Origin: Eledone cirrhosa
Lineage: Eukaryota
Reading direction: 5' to 3'
NCBI GenBank assembly: GCA_964016885.1
Contig: OZ024743.1
Span: forward strand, 95,976,001-96,040,000
DNA: 64,000 nt
Under the pieces are notes generated by a model. The model searched no databases. It was not told the origin of the DNA and saw only the letters and a list, made by a program, of their open reading frames with translations. Position numbers and translations under genes: made by a program. Shown here one piece after another: positions 9,800 through 22,900 of the stretch; the first letter of the stretch is position 1; each line of letters begins with the position of its first letter.

Positions 9800-12700
9800 A
9801 AGAGATAGAGAATCAAGGAGTGGAAAGGCTTAGGAAGAGATAGAGAAGGAAGGAATAGAAAGGCGTAGGAAGAGATAGAGAAGGAAGGAATGGAAAGGTG
9901 TAGGAAGAGATAGAGAAGGAAGGAATAGAAAGGTGTAGGAAGAGAATAGAGAAGGAAGGAATGGAAAGGCTTAGGAAGAGCTAGAGAAGGAAGGAATAGA
10001 AAGGTGTAGGAAGAGATAGAGAAGGAAGGAATGGAAAGGCGTAGGAAGAGATAGAGAAGGCTGAATAGAAATGCGTAGGAAGAGATGGTGAAGGAAGGAA
10101 TGGAAAGGTGTAGGAAGAGTTAGAGAAGGAAGGAATGGAAAGGCGTAGGAAGAGATAGAGAAGGAAGGAATGGAAAGGCGTAGGAAGAGACAGAGAAGGA
10201 GGAATAGAAAGGCTTAGGAAGAGATAGAGAAGGAAGGAATGGAAAGGTGTAGGAAGAGTTAGAGAAGGAAGGAATGGAAAGGCGTAGGAAAAGATAGAGA
10301 AGGAAGAAATAGAAAGGCGTAGGAAGAGATAGAGAAGGAAGTACTAGAAAGGCGTAGGAAGAGATAGAGAAGGAAAGAATAGAACAGCGTAGGAAGAGAT
10401 AGAGAAGGAAGGAATAGAAAGGCGTAGGAAGAGATAGAGAAGGAAGGAATAGAAAGGTGTAGGAAGAGATAGAGAAGGAAGGAATGGAAAGGCGTAGGAA
10501 AAGATAGAAAAGGAAGGAATGGAAAGGTGTAGGAAGAGATAGAGAAGGAAGGAATGGAAAGGCTTAGGAAGAGATAGAGAAGGAAGGAATAGAAAGGTGT
10601 AGGAAGAGATAGAGAAGGAAGGTATAGAAAGGCGTAGGAAGAGATAGAGAAGGAAGGAATAGAAAGGCGTAGGAAGAGATAGAGAAGGAGGAATAGAAAG
10701 GCGTAGGAAGAGATAGAGAAGGAGGAATAGAAAGGCGTAGGAAGAGATAGAGAAGGAAGGAATGGAAAGGCGTAGGATGTGATAGAGAAGGAAGTAATAG
10801 AACTGCCTAGGAAGAGATAGAGAAGGAAGGAATAGGAAAACGTAGGAAGAGATATAGAAGGAATGAATGGAAAGGCTTAGGAAGAGATAGAGAAGGAAGG
10901 AATAGAAAGGCGTAGGAAGAGATAGAGAAGCAAGGAATGGAAAGGCGTGGGAAGAGATAGAGAAGGAAGGAATGGAAAGGCGTAGGAAGAGATAGAGAAG
11001 CAAGGAATGGAAAGGCGTAGGAAGAGATAGAGAAGGAAGGAATGGAAAGGCATAGGAAGAGATAGAGAAGGAAGGAATGGAAAGGCTTAGTTAGAGATAG
11101 AGAAGGAAGGAATAGAAAGGTGTAGGAAGAGATAGAGGAGGAAGGTATAGAAAGGCGTAGGAAGAGATAGAGAAGCAAGGAAGGGAAAGGCATAGGAAGA
11201 GATAGAGAAGGAAGGAATAGAAAGGCGTAGGAAGAGATAGAGAAGGAAGGAATGGAAAGGTGTAGGAAGAGATAGAGAAGGAAGGAATAGAAAGGTGTAG
11301 GAAGAGATAGAGAAGGAAGGAATAGAAAGGCGTAGGAAGAGATAGAGAAGGAAGGAATAGAAAGGTGTAGGAAGAGATAGAGAAGGAAGGAATAGAAAGG
11401 CGTAGGAAGAGATAGAGAAGGAAGGAATAGAAAGGTGTAGGAAGAGATAGAGAAGGAAGGAATAGAAAGGCGTAGGAAGAGATAGAGAAGGAAGGAATAG
11501 AAAGGTGTAGGAAGAGATAGAGAAGGAAGGAATAGAAAGGCGTAGGAAGAGATAGAGAAGGAAGGAATAGAAAGGCGTAGGAAGAGATAGAGAAGGAAGG
11601 AATAGAAAGGTGTAGGAAGAGATAGAGAAGGAAGGAATAGAAAGGCGTAGGAAGAGATAGAGAAGGAAGGAATAGAAAGGTGTAGGAAGAGATAGAGAAG
11701 GAAGGAATAGAAAGGTGTAGGAAGAGATAGAGAAGGAAGGAATAGAAAGGCGTAGGAAGAGATAGAGAAGGAAGGAATAGAAAGGTGTAGGAAGAGATAG
11801 AGAAGGAAGGAATAGAAAGGCGTAGGAAGAGATAGAGAAGGAAGGAATAGAAAGGTGTAGGAAGAGATAGAGAAGGAAGGAATAGAAAGGCGTAGGAAGA
11901 GATAGAGAAGGAAGGAATAGAAAGGTGTAGGAAGAGATAGAGAAGGAAGGAATAGAAAGGCGTAGGAAGAGATAGAGAAGGAAGGAATAGAAAGGCGTAG
12001 GAAGAGATAGAGAAGGAAGGAATAGAAAGGTGTAGGAAGAGATAGAGAAGGAAGGAATAGAAAGGCGTAGGAAGAGATAGAGAAGGAAGGAATAGAACAG
12101 TGTAGGAAGAGATAGAGAAGGAAGGAATAGAAAGGCGAAGGAAGAGATAGAAAAGGAAGGAATAGAAAGGTGTAGGAAGAGATAAAGAAGGAAGGAATGG
12201 AAAGGCGTAGGAAGAGATAGGGAAGGAGGAATAGAAAGGCGTAGGAAGAGATAGAGAAGGAAGGAATGGAAAGGTGTAGGAAGAGTTAGAGAAGGAAGGA
12301 ATGGAAAGGCGTAGGAAGAGATAGAGAAGGAAGGAATAGAAAGGCGTAGGAAGAGATAGAGAAGGAAGGAATAGAACAGTGTAGGAAGAGATAGAGAAGG
12401 AAGGAATAGAAAGGCGAAGGAAGAGATAGAAAAGGAAGGAATAGAAAGGTGTAGGAAGAGATAAAGAAGGAAGGAATGGAAAGGCGTAGGAAGAGATAGG
12501 GAAGGAGGAATAGAAAGGCGTAGGAAGAGATAGAGAAGCAAGGAATGGAAAGGCGTAGGAAGAGATAGAGAAGCAAGGAGTGGAAAGGCTTAGGAAGAGA
12601 TAGAGAAGGAAGGAATAGAAAGGCGTAGGAAGAGATAGAGAAGCAAGGAGTGGAAAGGCTTAGGAAGAGATAGAGAAGGAAGGAATAGAAAGGCGTAGGA

Positions 12701-15700
12701 AGAGATAGAGAAGGAAGGAATGGAAAGGTGTAGGAAGAGATAGAGAAGGAAGGAATAGAAAGGTGTAGGAAGAGAATAGAGAAGGAAGGAATGGAAAGGC
12801 TTAGGAAGAGCTAGAGAAGGAAGGAATAGAAAGGTGTAGGAAGAGATAGAGAAGGAAGGAATGGAAAGGCGTAGGAAGAGATAGAGAAGGCTGAATAGAA
12901 ATGCGTAGGAAGAGATGGTGAAGGAAGGAATGGAAAGGTGTAGGAAGAGTTAGAGAAGGAAGGAATGGAAAGGCGTAGGAAGAGATAGAGAAGGAAGGAA
13001 TGGAAAGGCGTAGGAAGAGATAGAGAAGGAGGAATAGAAAGGCTTAGGAAGAGATAGAGAAGGAAGGAATGGAAAGGTGTAGGAAGAGTTAGAGAAGGAA
13101 GGAATGGAAAGGCGTAGGAAAAGATAGAGAAGGAAGGAATAGAAAGGCGTAGGAAGAGATAGAGAAGGAAGTACTAGAAAGGCGTAGGAAGAGATAGAGA
13201 AGGAAAGAATAGAACAGCGTAGGAAGAGATAGAGAAGGAAGGAATAGAAAGGCGTAGGAAGAGATAGAGAAGGAAGGAATAGAAAGGTGTAGGAAGAGAT
13301 AGAGAAGGAAGGAATGGAAAGGCGTAGGAAAAGATAGAAAAGGAAGGAATGGAAAGGTGTAGGAAGAGATAGAGAAGGAAGGAATGGAAAGGCTTAGGAA
13401 GAGATAGAGAAGGAAGGAATAGAAAGGTGTAGGAAGAGATAGAGAAGGAAGGTATAGAAAGGCGTAGGAAGAGATAGAGAAGGAGGAATAGAAAGGCGTA
13501 GGAAGAGATAGTGAAGGAAGGAATGGAAAGGTGTAGGAAGAGTTAGAGAAGGAAGGAATGGAAAGGCGTAGGAAAAGATAGAGAAGGAAGGAATAGAAAG
13601 GCATAGGAAGAGATAGAGAAGGAAGGAATAGAAAGGCGTAGGAAGAGATAGTGAAGGAAGGAATGGAAAGGTGTAGGAAGAGTTAGAGAAGGAAGGAATG
13701 GAAAGGCGTAGGAAAAGATAGAGAAGGAAGGAATAGAAAGGCGTAGGAAGAGATAGAGAAGGAAGTAATAGAAAGGCGTAGGAAGAGATAGAGAAGGAAA
13801 GAATAGAACAGCGTAGGAAGAGATAGAGAAGGAAGGAATAGAAAGGCGTAGGAAGAGATAGAGAAGGAAGAATAGAAATGTGTAGGAAGAGATAGAGAAG
13901 GAAGGAATGGAAAGGCGTAGGAAGAGATAGAAAAGGAAGGAATGGAAAGGTGTAGGAAGAGATAGAGAAGGAAGGAATGGAAAGGCGTAGGAAGAGATAG
14001 AAAAGGAAGGAATGGAAAGGCTTAGGAAGAGATAGAGAAGGAAGGAATGGAAAGGTGTAGGAAGAGTTAGAGAAGGAAGGAATGGAAAGGCGTAGGAAGA
14101 GATAGAGAAGGAAGGAATGGAAAGGCGTAGGAAAAGATAGAGAAGGAAGGAATAGAAAGGCGTAGGAAGAGATAGAGAAGGAAGGAATAGAACAGTGTAG
14201 GAAGAGATAGAGAAGGAAGGAATAGAAAGGCGATGGAAGAGATAGAAAAGGAAGGAATAGAAAGGTGTAGGAAGAGATAAAGAAGGAAGGAATGGAAAGG
14301 CGTAGGAAGAGATAGGGAAGGAGGAATAGAAAGGCGTAGGAAGAGATAGAGAAGGAAGTAATAGAACTGCCTAGGAAGAGATAGAGAAGGAAGGAATAGG
14401 AAAACGTAGGAAGAGATATAGAAGGAATGAATGGAAAGGCATAGGAAGAGATAGAGAAGGAAGGAATGGAAAGGCGTAGGAAGTGATAGAGAAGGAAGGA
14501 ATAGAAAGGCGTAGGAAGAGATAGAGAAGCAGGGAAGGGAAAGGCATAGGAAGAGATAGAGAAGGAAGGAATAGAAAGGTGTAGGAAGAGATAGAGAAGG
14601 AAGGAATGGAAAGGTGTAGGAAGAGATAGAGAAGGAAGGAATGGAAAGGCGTAGGAGGAGATAGAGAAGGAAGGAATAGAAAGGCGTAGGAAGATATAGA
14701 GAAGGAAGGAATGGAAAGGCGTAGGAAGAGATAGAGAAGGAAGGAATGGAAAGGCATAGGAAGAGATAGAGAAGGAAGGAATAGAAAGGTGTAGGAAGAG
14801 ATAGAGAAGGAAGGAATAGAAAGGCGTAGGAAGAGATAGAGGAGGAAGGAATGGAAAGGCGTAGGAAGAGATAGCGAAGGAAGGAATAGAAAGGGGTAGG
14901 AAGAGATAGAGAAGGAAGTAATGGAAAGGCGTAGGAAGAGATAGAGAAGGAAGGAATGGATAGGTGTAGGAAGAGATAGAGAAGGAAGGAATGGAAAGGC
15001 GTAGGAAGAGATAGAGAAGGAGGAATAGAAAGGCGTAGGAAGAGATAGAGAAGGAAGGAATGGAAAGGCGTAGGAAGAGATAGAGAAGGAGGAATAGAAA
15101 GGCGTAGGAAGAGATAGAGAAGGAAGGAATGGAAAGGTGTAGGAAGAGTTAGAGAAGGAAGGAATGGAAAGGCGTAGGAAGAGATAGAGAAGGAAGGAAT
15201 GGAAAGGCGTAGGAAAAGATAGAGAAGGAGGAATAGAAAGGCGTAGGAAGAGATAGAGAAGGAAGGAATAGAAAGGCGTAGGAAGAGATAGAGAAGGAAG
15301 GAATAGAACAGTGTAGGAAGAGATAGAGAAGGAAGGAATAGAAAGGCGTAGGAACAGATAGAGAAGGAAGGAATGGAAAGGCGAAGGAAGAGATAGAGAA
15401 GGAAGGAATAGAAAGGCGTAGGAAGAGATAGAGAAGCAAGGAATGGAAAGGCTTAGGAAGAGATAGAGAAGGAAGGAATAGAAAGGCGTAGGAAGAGATA
15501 GAGAAGGAAGGAATGGAAAGGTGTAGGAAGAGATAGAGAAGGAAGGAATAGAAAGGTGTAGGAAGAGATAGAGAAGGAAGGAATGGAAAGGCTTAGGAAG
15601 AGATAGAGAAGGAAGGAATAGAAAGGTGTTGGAAGAGATAGAGAAGGAAGGAATGGAAAGGCGTAGGAAGAGATAGAGAAGGAGGAATAGAAAGGCGTAG

Positions 15701-18700
15701 GAAGAGATAGTGAAGGAAGGAATGGAAAGGTGTAGGAAGAGTTAGAGAAGGAAGGAATGGAAAGGCGTAGGAAAAGATAGAGAAGGAAGGAATAGAAAGG
15801 CGTAGGAAGAGATAGAGAAGGAAGTAATAGAAAGGCGTAGGAAGAGATAGAGAAGGAAAGAATAGAACAGCGTAGGAAGAGATAGAGAAGGAAGGAATAG
15901 AAAGGCGTAGGAAGAGATAGAGAAGGAAGGAATAGAAATGTGTAGGAAGAGATAGAGAAGGAAGGAATGGAAAGGCGTAGGAAGAGATAGAAAAGGAAGG
16001 AATGGAAAGGTGTAGGAAGAGATAGAGAAGGAAGGAATGGAAAGGCGTAGGAAGAGATAGAAAAGGAAGGAATGGAAAGGCTTAGGAAGAGATAGAGAAG
16101 GAAGGAATGGAAAGGTGTAGGAAGAGTTAGAGAAGGAAGGAATGGAAAGGCGTAGGAAGAGATAGAGAAGGAAGGAATAGAAAGGCGTAGGAAGAGATAG
16201 AGAAGGAAGGAATAGAAAGGCGAAGGAAGAGATAGAAAAGGAAGGAATAGAAAGGTGTAGGAAGAGATAAAGAAGGAAGGAATGGAAAGGCGTAGGAAGA
16301 GATAGGGAAGGAGGAATAGAAAGGCGTAGGAAGAGATAGAGAAGCAAGGAATGGAAAGGCGTAGGAAGAGATAGAGAAGCAAGGAGTGGAAAGGCTTAGG
16401 AAGAGATAGAGAAGGAAGGAATAGAAAGGCGTAGGAAGAGATAGAGAAGCAAGGAGTGGAAAGGCTTAGGAAGAGATAGAGAAGGAAGGAATAGAAAGGC
16501 GTAGGAAGAGATAGAGAAGGAAGGAATGGAAAGGTGTAGGAAGAGATAGAGAAGGAAGGAATAGAAAGGTGTAGGAAGAGAATAGAGAAGGAAGGAATGG
16601 AAAGGCTTAGGAAGAGCTAGAGAAGGAAGGAATAGAAAGGTGTAGGAAGAGATAGAGAAGGAAGGAATGGAAAGGCGTAGGAAGAGATAGAGAAGGCTGA
16701 ATAGAAATGCGTAGGAAGAGATGGTGAAGGAAGGAATGGAAAGGTGTAGGAAGAGTTAGAGAAGGAAGGAATGGAAAGGCGTAGGAAGAGATAGAGAAGG
16801 AAGGAATGGAAAGGCGTAGGAAGAGATAGAGAAGGAGGAATAGAAAGGCTTAGGAAGAGATAGAGAAGGAAGGAATGGAAAGGTGTAGGAAGAGTTAGAG
16901 AAGGAAGGAATGGAAAGGCGTAGGAAAAGATAGAGAAGGAAGAAATAGAAAGGCGTAGGAAGAGATAGAGAAGGAAGTACTAGAAAGGCGTAGGAAGAGA
17001 TAGAGAAGGAAAGAATAGAACAGCGTAGGAAGAGATAGAGAAGGAAGGAATAGAAAGGCGTAGGGAGAGATAGAGAAGGAAGGAATAGAAAGGTGTAGGA
17101 AGAGATAGAGAAGGAAGGAATGGAAAGGCGTAGGAAAAGATAGAAAAGGAAGGAATGGAAAGGTGTAGGAAGAGATAGAGAAGGAAGGAATGGAAAGGCT
17201 TAGGAAGAGATAGAGAAGGAAGGAATAGAAAGGTGTAGGAAGAGATAGAGAAGGAAGGTATAGAAAGGCGTAGGAAGAGATAGAGAAGGAAGGAATAGAA
17301 AGGCGTAGGAAGAGATAGAGAAGGAGGAATAGAAAGGCGTAGGAAGAGATAGAGAAGGAGGAATAGAAAGGCGTAGGAAGAGATAGAGAAGGAAGGAATG
17401 GAAAGGCGTAGGATGTGATAGAGAAGGAAGTAATAGAACTGCCTAGGAAGAGATAGAGAAGGAAGGAATAGGAAAACGTAGGAAGAGATATAGAAGGAAT
17501 GAATGGAAAGGCTTAGGAAGAGATAGAGAAGGAAGGAATAGAAAGGCGTAGGAAGAGATAGAGAAGCAAGGAATGGAAAGGCGTGGGAAGAGATAGAGAA
17601 GGAAGGAATGGAAAGGCGTAGGAAGAGATAGAGAAGCAAGGAATGGAAAGGCGTAGGAAGAGATAGAGAAGGAAGGAATGGAAAGGCATAGGAAGAGATA
17701 GAGAAGGAAGGAATGGAAAGGCTTAGTTAGAGATAGAGAAGGAAGGAATAGAAAGGTGTAGGAAGAGATAGAGGAGGAAGGTATAGAAAGGCGTAGGAAG
17801 AGATAGAGAAGCAAGGAAGGGAAAGGCATAGGAAGAGATAGAGAAGGAAGGAATAGAAAGGCGTAGGAAGAGATAGAGAAGGAAGGAATGGAAAGGTGTA
17901 GGAAGAGATAGAGAAGGAAGGAATAGAAAGGTGTAGGAAGAGATAGAGAAGGAAGGAATAGAAAGGCGTAGGAAGAGATAGAGAAGGAAGGAATAGAACA
18001 GTGTAGGAAGAGATAGAGAAGGAAGGAATAGAAAGGCGAAGGAAGAGATAGAAAAGGAAGGAATAGAAAGGTGTAGGAAGAGATAAAGAAGGAAGGAATG
18101 GAAAGGCGTAGGAAGAGATAGGGAAGGAGGAATAGAAAGGCGTAGGAAGAGATAGAGAAGGAAGGAATGGAAAGGTGTAGGAAGAGTTAGAGAAGGAAGG
18201 AATGGAAAGGCGTAGGAAGAGATAGAGAAGGAAGGAATAGAAAGGCGTAGGAAGAGATAGAGAAGGAAGGAATAGAACAGTGTAGGAAGAGATAGAGAAG
18301 GAAGGAATAGAAAGGCGAAGGAAGAGATAGAAAAGGAAGGAATAGAAAGGTGTAGGAAGAGATAAAGAAGGAAGGAATGGAAAGGCGTAGGAAGAGATAG
18401 GGAAGGAGGAATAGAAAGGCGTAGGAAGAGATAGAGAAGCAAGGAATGGAAAGGCGTAGGAAGAGATAGAGAAGCAAGGAGTGGAAAGGCTTAGGAAGAG
18501 ATAGAGAAGGAAGGAATAGAAAGGCGTAGGAAGAGATAGAGAAGCAAGGAGTGGAAAGGCTTAGGAAGAGATAGAGAAGGAAGGAATAGAAAGGCGTAGG
18601 AAGAGATAGAGAAGGAAGGAATGGAAAGGTGTAGGAAGAGATAGAGAAGGAAGGAATAGAAAGGTGTAGGAAGAGAATAGAGAAGGAAGGAATGGAAAGG

Positions 18701-19900
18701 CTTAGGAAGAGCTAGAGAAGGAAGGAATAGAAAGGTGTAGGAAGAGATAGAGAAGGAAGGAATGGAAAGGCGTAGGAAGAGATAGAGAAGGCTGAATAGA
18801 AATGCGTAGGAAGAGATGGTGAAGGAAGGAATGGAAAGGTGTAGGAAGAGTTAGAGAAGGAAGGAATGGAAAGGCGTAGGAAGAGATAGAGAAGGAAGGA
18901 ATGGAAAGGCGTAGGAAGAGATAGAGAAGGAGGAATAGAAAGGCTTAGGAAGAGATAGAGAAGGAAGGAATGGAAAGGTGTAGGAAGAGTTAGAGAAGGA
19001 AGGAATGGAAAGGCGTAGGAAAAGATAGAGAAGGAAGGAATAGAAAGGCGTGGGAAGAGATAGAGAAGGAAGTACTAGAAAGGCGTAGGAAGAGATAGAG
19101 AAGGAAAGAATAGAACAGCGTAGGAAGAGATAGAGAAGGAAGGAATAGAAAGGCGTAGGAAGAGATAGAGAAGGAAGGAATAGAAAGGTGTAGGAAGAGA
19201 TAGAGAAGGAAGGAATGGAAAGGCGTAGGAAAAGATAGAAAAGGAAGGAATGGAAAGGTGTAGGAAGAGATAGAGAAGGAAGGAATCGAAAGGCTTAGGA
19301 AGAGATAGAGAAGGAAGGAATAGAAAGGTGTAGGAAGAGATAGAGAAGGAAGGTATAGAAAGGCGTAGGAAGAGATAGAGAAGGAAGGAATAGAAAGGCG
19401 TAGGAAGAGATAGAGAAGGAGGAATAGAAAGGCGTAGGAAGAGATAGAGAAGGAGGAATAGAAAGGCGTAGGAAGAGATAGAGAAGGAAGGAATGGAAAG
19501 GCGTAGGATGTGATAGAGAAGGAAGTAATAGAACTGCCTAGGAAGAGATAGAGAAGGAAGGAATGGAAAGGCTTAGGAAGAGATAGAGAAGGAAGGAATA
19601 GAAAGGCGTAGGAAGAGATAGAGAAGCAAGGAATGGAAAGGCGTGGGAAGAGATAGAGAAGGAAGGAATGGAAAGGCGTAGGAAGAGATAGAGAAGCAAG
19701 GAATGGAAAGGCGTAGGAAGAGATAGAGAAGGAAGGAATGGAAAGGCATAGGAAGAGATAGAGAAGGAAGGAATGGAAAGGCTTAGTTAGAGATAGAGAA
19801 GGAAGGAATAGAAAGGTGTAGGAAGAGATAGAGGAGGAAGGTATAGAAAGGCGTAGGAAGAGATAGAGAAGCAAGGAAGGGAAAGGCATAGGAAGAGATA
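9800..19900. repeat. Higher-order repeat domain B: 2095-bp (60-monomer) unit with one copy expanded to 2830 bp, and a larger block duplicated at offsets 6636/5901
   Basis: The marker GGCTGAATAGAAATGCG...GATGGTGAA falls at 10061, 12891, 16697 and 18792. ORF-track twins are 10344/16980 and 10807/17443 (offset 6636), and 12286/18187 and 13089/18990 (offset 5901). Confidence 0.88.
11264..12068. repeat. Homogeneous run of 23 monomers differing only at C/T of GGYGT
   Basis: The endings read T C T C T C T C C T C T / T C T C T C T C C T C. That is a 70-bp dimer pattern with a 420-bp period. Confidence 0.9.
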
Positions 19901-22900
19901 GAGAAGGAAGGAATAGAAAGGCGTAGGAAGAGATAGAGAAGGAAGGAATGGAAAGGCGTAGGAAGAGATAGAAAAGGAAGGAATGGAAAGGCTTAGGAAG
20001 AGATAGAAAAGCAAGGAAGGGAAAGGCATAGGAAGAGATAGAGAAGGAAGGAATAGAAAGGCGTAGGAAGAGATAGAGAAGGAAGGAATGGAAAGGTGTA
20101 GGAAGAGATAGAGAAGGAAGGAATAGAAAGGTGTAGGAAGAGATAGAGAAGGAAGGAATAGAAAGGTGTAGGAAGAGATAGAGAAGGAAGGTATAGAAAG
20201 GCGTAGGAAGAGATAGAGAAGGAAGTACTAGAAAGGCGTAAGAAGAGATAGAGAAGGAAAGAACAGAACAGCGTAGGAAGAGATAGAGAAGGAAGGAATA
20301 GAAAGGTGTAGGAAGAGATAGAGAAGCAAGGAATGGAAAGGTGTAGGAAGAGATAGAGAAGGAAGGAATAGAAAGCCGTAGGAAGAGATAGAGAAGGAAG
20401 GAATAGAAAGGTGTAGGAAGAGATAGAGAAGGAAGGAATGGAAAGGCGTAGGAAGAGATAGAGAAGGAAGGAATTGAAAGGCGTAGGAAGAGATAGAGAA
20501 GGAGGAATAGAAAGGCGTAGGAAGAGATAGAGAAGGAGGAATAGAAAGGCGTAGGAAGAGATAGAGAAGGAAGGAATGGAAAGGCGTAGGAAGTGATAGA
20601 GAAGGAAGTAATAGAACTGCCTAGGAAGAGATAGAGAAGGAAGGAATAGAAAGGCGTAGGAAGTGATAGAGAAGGAAGGAATATAAAGGCGTAGCAAGAG
20701 ATAGAGAAGCAAGGAATGGAAACGCGTAGGAAGAGATAGAGAAGGAAGGAATAGAAAGGCGTAGGAAGAGATAGAGAAGGAAGGAATGGAAAGGCGTAGG
20801 AAGAGATAGAGAAGCAAGGAATGGAAAGGCGTAGGAAGAGATAGAGAAGGAAGGAATAGAAAGGCGTAGGAAGAGATAGAGAAGCAAGGAATGGAAAGGC
20901 GTAGGAAGAGATAGAGAAGCAAGGAATGGAAAGGCGTAGGAAGAGATAGAGAAGGAAGGAATAGAAAGGCGTAGGAAGAGATAGAGAAGCAAGGAATGGA
21001 AAGGCGTAGGAAGAGATAGAGAAGGAAGGGATGGAAAGGTATAGGAAGAGTTAGAGAAGGAAGGAATGGAAAGGCGTAGGAAAAGCTAGAGAAGGAAGGA
21101 ATAGAAAGGCGTAGGAAGAGATAGAGAAGGAAGGAATATAAAGGCGTAGGAAGAGATAGAGAAGGAAAGAATAGAACAGCATAGGAAGAGATAGAGAAGG
21201 AAGGAATAGAAAGGCGTAGGAAGAGATAGAGAAGGAAGGAATAGAAAGGTGTAGGAAGAGATAGAGAAGGAAGGAATGGAAAGGGGTAGGAAGAGATAGA
21301 AAAGGAAGGAATGGAAAGGTGTAGTAAGAGATAGAGAAGGAAGGAATGGAAAGGCTTAGGAAGAGATAGAGAAGGAAGGAATAGAAAGGTGTAGGAAGAG
21401 ATAGAGAAGGAAGGTCTAGAAAGGCGTAGGAAGAGATAGAGAAGGTGGAATAGAAAGGCGTAGGAAGAGATAGAGAGGAGGAATAGAAAGGCGTAGGAAG
21501 AGATAGAGAAGGAAGTAATAGAACTGCCTAGGAAGAGATAGAGAAGGAAGGAATAGGAAAACGTAGGAAGAGATACAGAAGGAATGAATGGAAAGGCATA
21601 GGAAGAGATAGAGAAGGAAGGAATGGAAAGGCGTAGGAAGTGATAGAGAAGGAAGGAATAGAAAGGCGTAGGAAGAGATAGAGAAGCAAGGAAGGGAAAG
21701 GCATAGGAAGAGATAGAGAAGGAAGGAATAGAAAGGTGTAGGAAGAGATAGAGAAGGAAGGAATGGAAAGGTGTAGGAAGAGATAAAGAAGGAAGGAATG
21801 GAAAGGCGTAGGAGGAGATAGAGAAGGAAGGAATAGAAAGGCGTAGGAAGAGATAGAGAAGGAAGGAATGGAAAGGCGTAGGAAGAGATAGAGAAGGAAG
21901 GAATGGAAAGGCATAGGAAGAGATAGAGAAGGAGGAATAGAAAGGCGTAGGAAGAGATAGAGAAGGAAGGAATAGAAAGGTGTAGGAAGAGATAGAGAAG
22001 GAAGGAATAGAAAGGTGTAGGAAGAGATAGAGAAGGAAGGAATAGAAAGGCGTAGGAAGAGATAGAGGAGGAAGGAATGGAAAGGCGTAGGAAGAGATAG
22101 CGAAGGAAGGAATAGAAAGGGGTAGGAAGAGATAGAGAAGGAAGTAATGGAAAGGCGTAGGAAGAGATAGAGAAGGAAGGAATGGATAGGTGTAGGAAGA
22201 GATAGAGAAGGAAGGAATGGAAAGGCGTAGGAAGAGATAGAGAAGGAGGAATAGAAAGGCGTAGGAAGAGATAGAGAAGGAAGGAATGGAAAGGCGTAGG
22301 AAGAGATAGAGAAGGAGGAATAGAAAGGCGTAGGAAGAGATAGAGAAGGAAGGAATGGAAAGGTGTAGGAAGAGTTAGAGAAGGAAGGAATGGAAAGGCG
22401 TAGGAAGAGATAGAGAAGCAAGGAATGGAAAGGCGTAGGAAAAGATAGAGAAGGAGGAATAGAAAGGCGTAGGAAGAGATAGAGAAGGAAGGAATAGAAA
22501 GGCGTAGGAAGAAATAGAGAAGGAAGGAATAGAACAGTGTAGGAAGAGATAGAGAAGGAAGGAATAGAAAGGCGTAGGAAGAGATAGAGAAGGAAGGAAT
22601 GGAAAGGCGTAGGAAGAGATAGAGAAGGAAGGAATAGAAAGGCGTAGGAAGAGATAGAGAAGGAAGGAATGGAAAGGCTTAGGAAGAGATAGAGAAGGAA
22701 GGAATAGAAAGGCGTAGGAAGAGATAGAGAAGGAAGGAATAGAAAGGCGTAGGAAGAGATAGAGAAGGAAGGAATAGAAAGGCGTAGGAAGAGATAGAGA
22801 AGGAAGGAATAGAAAGGCGTAGGAAGAGATAGAGAAGCACGGAATGGAAAGGCTTAGGAAGAGATAGAGAAGGAAGGAATAGAAAGGCGTAGGAAGAGAT

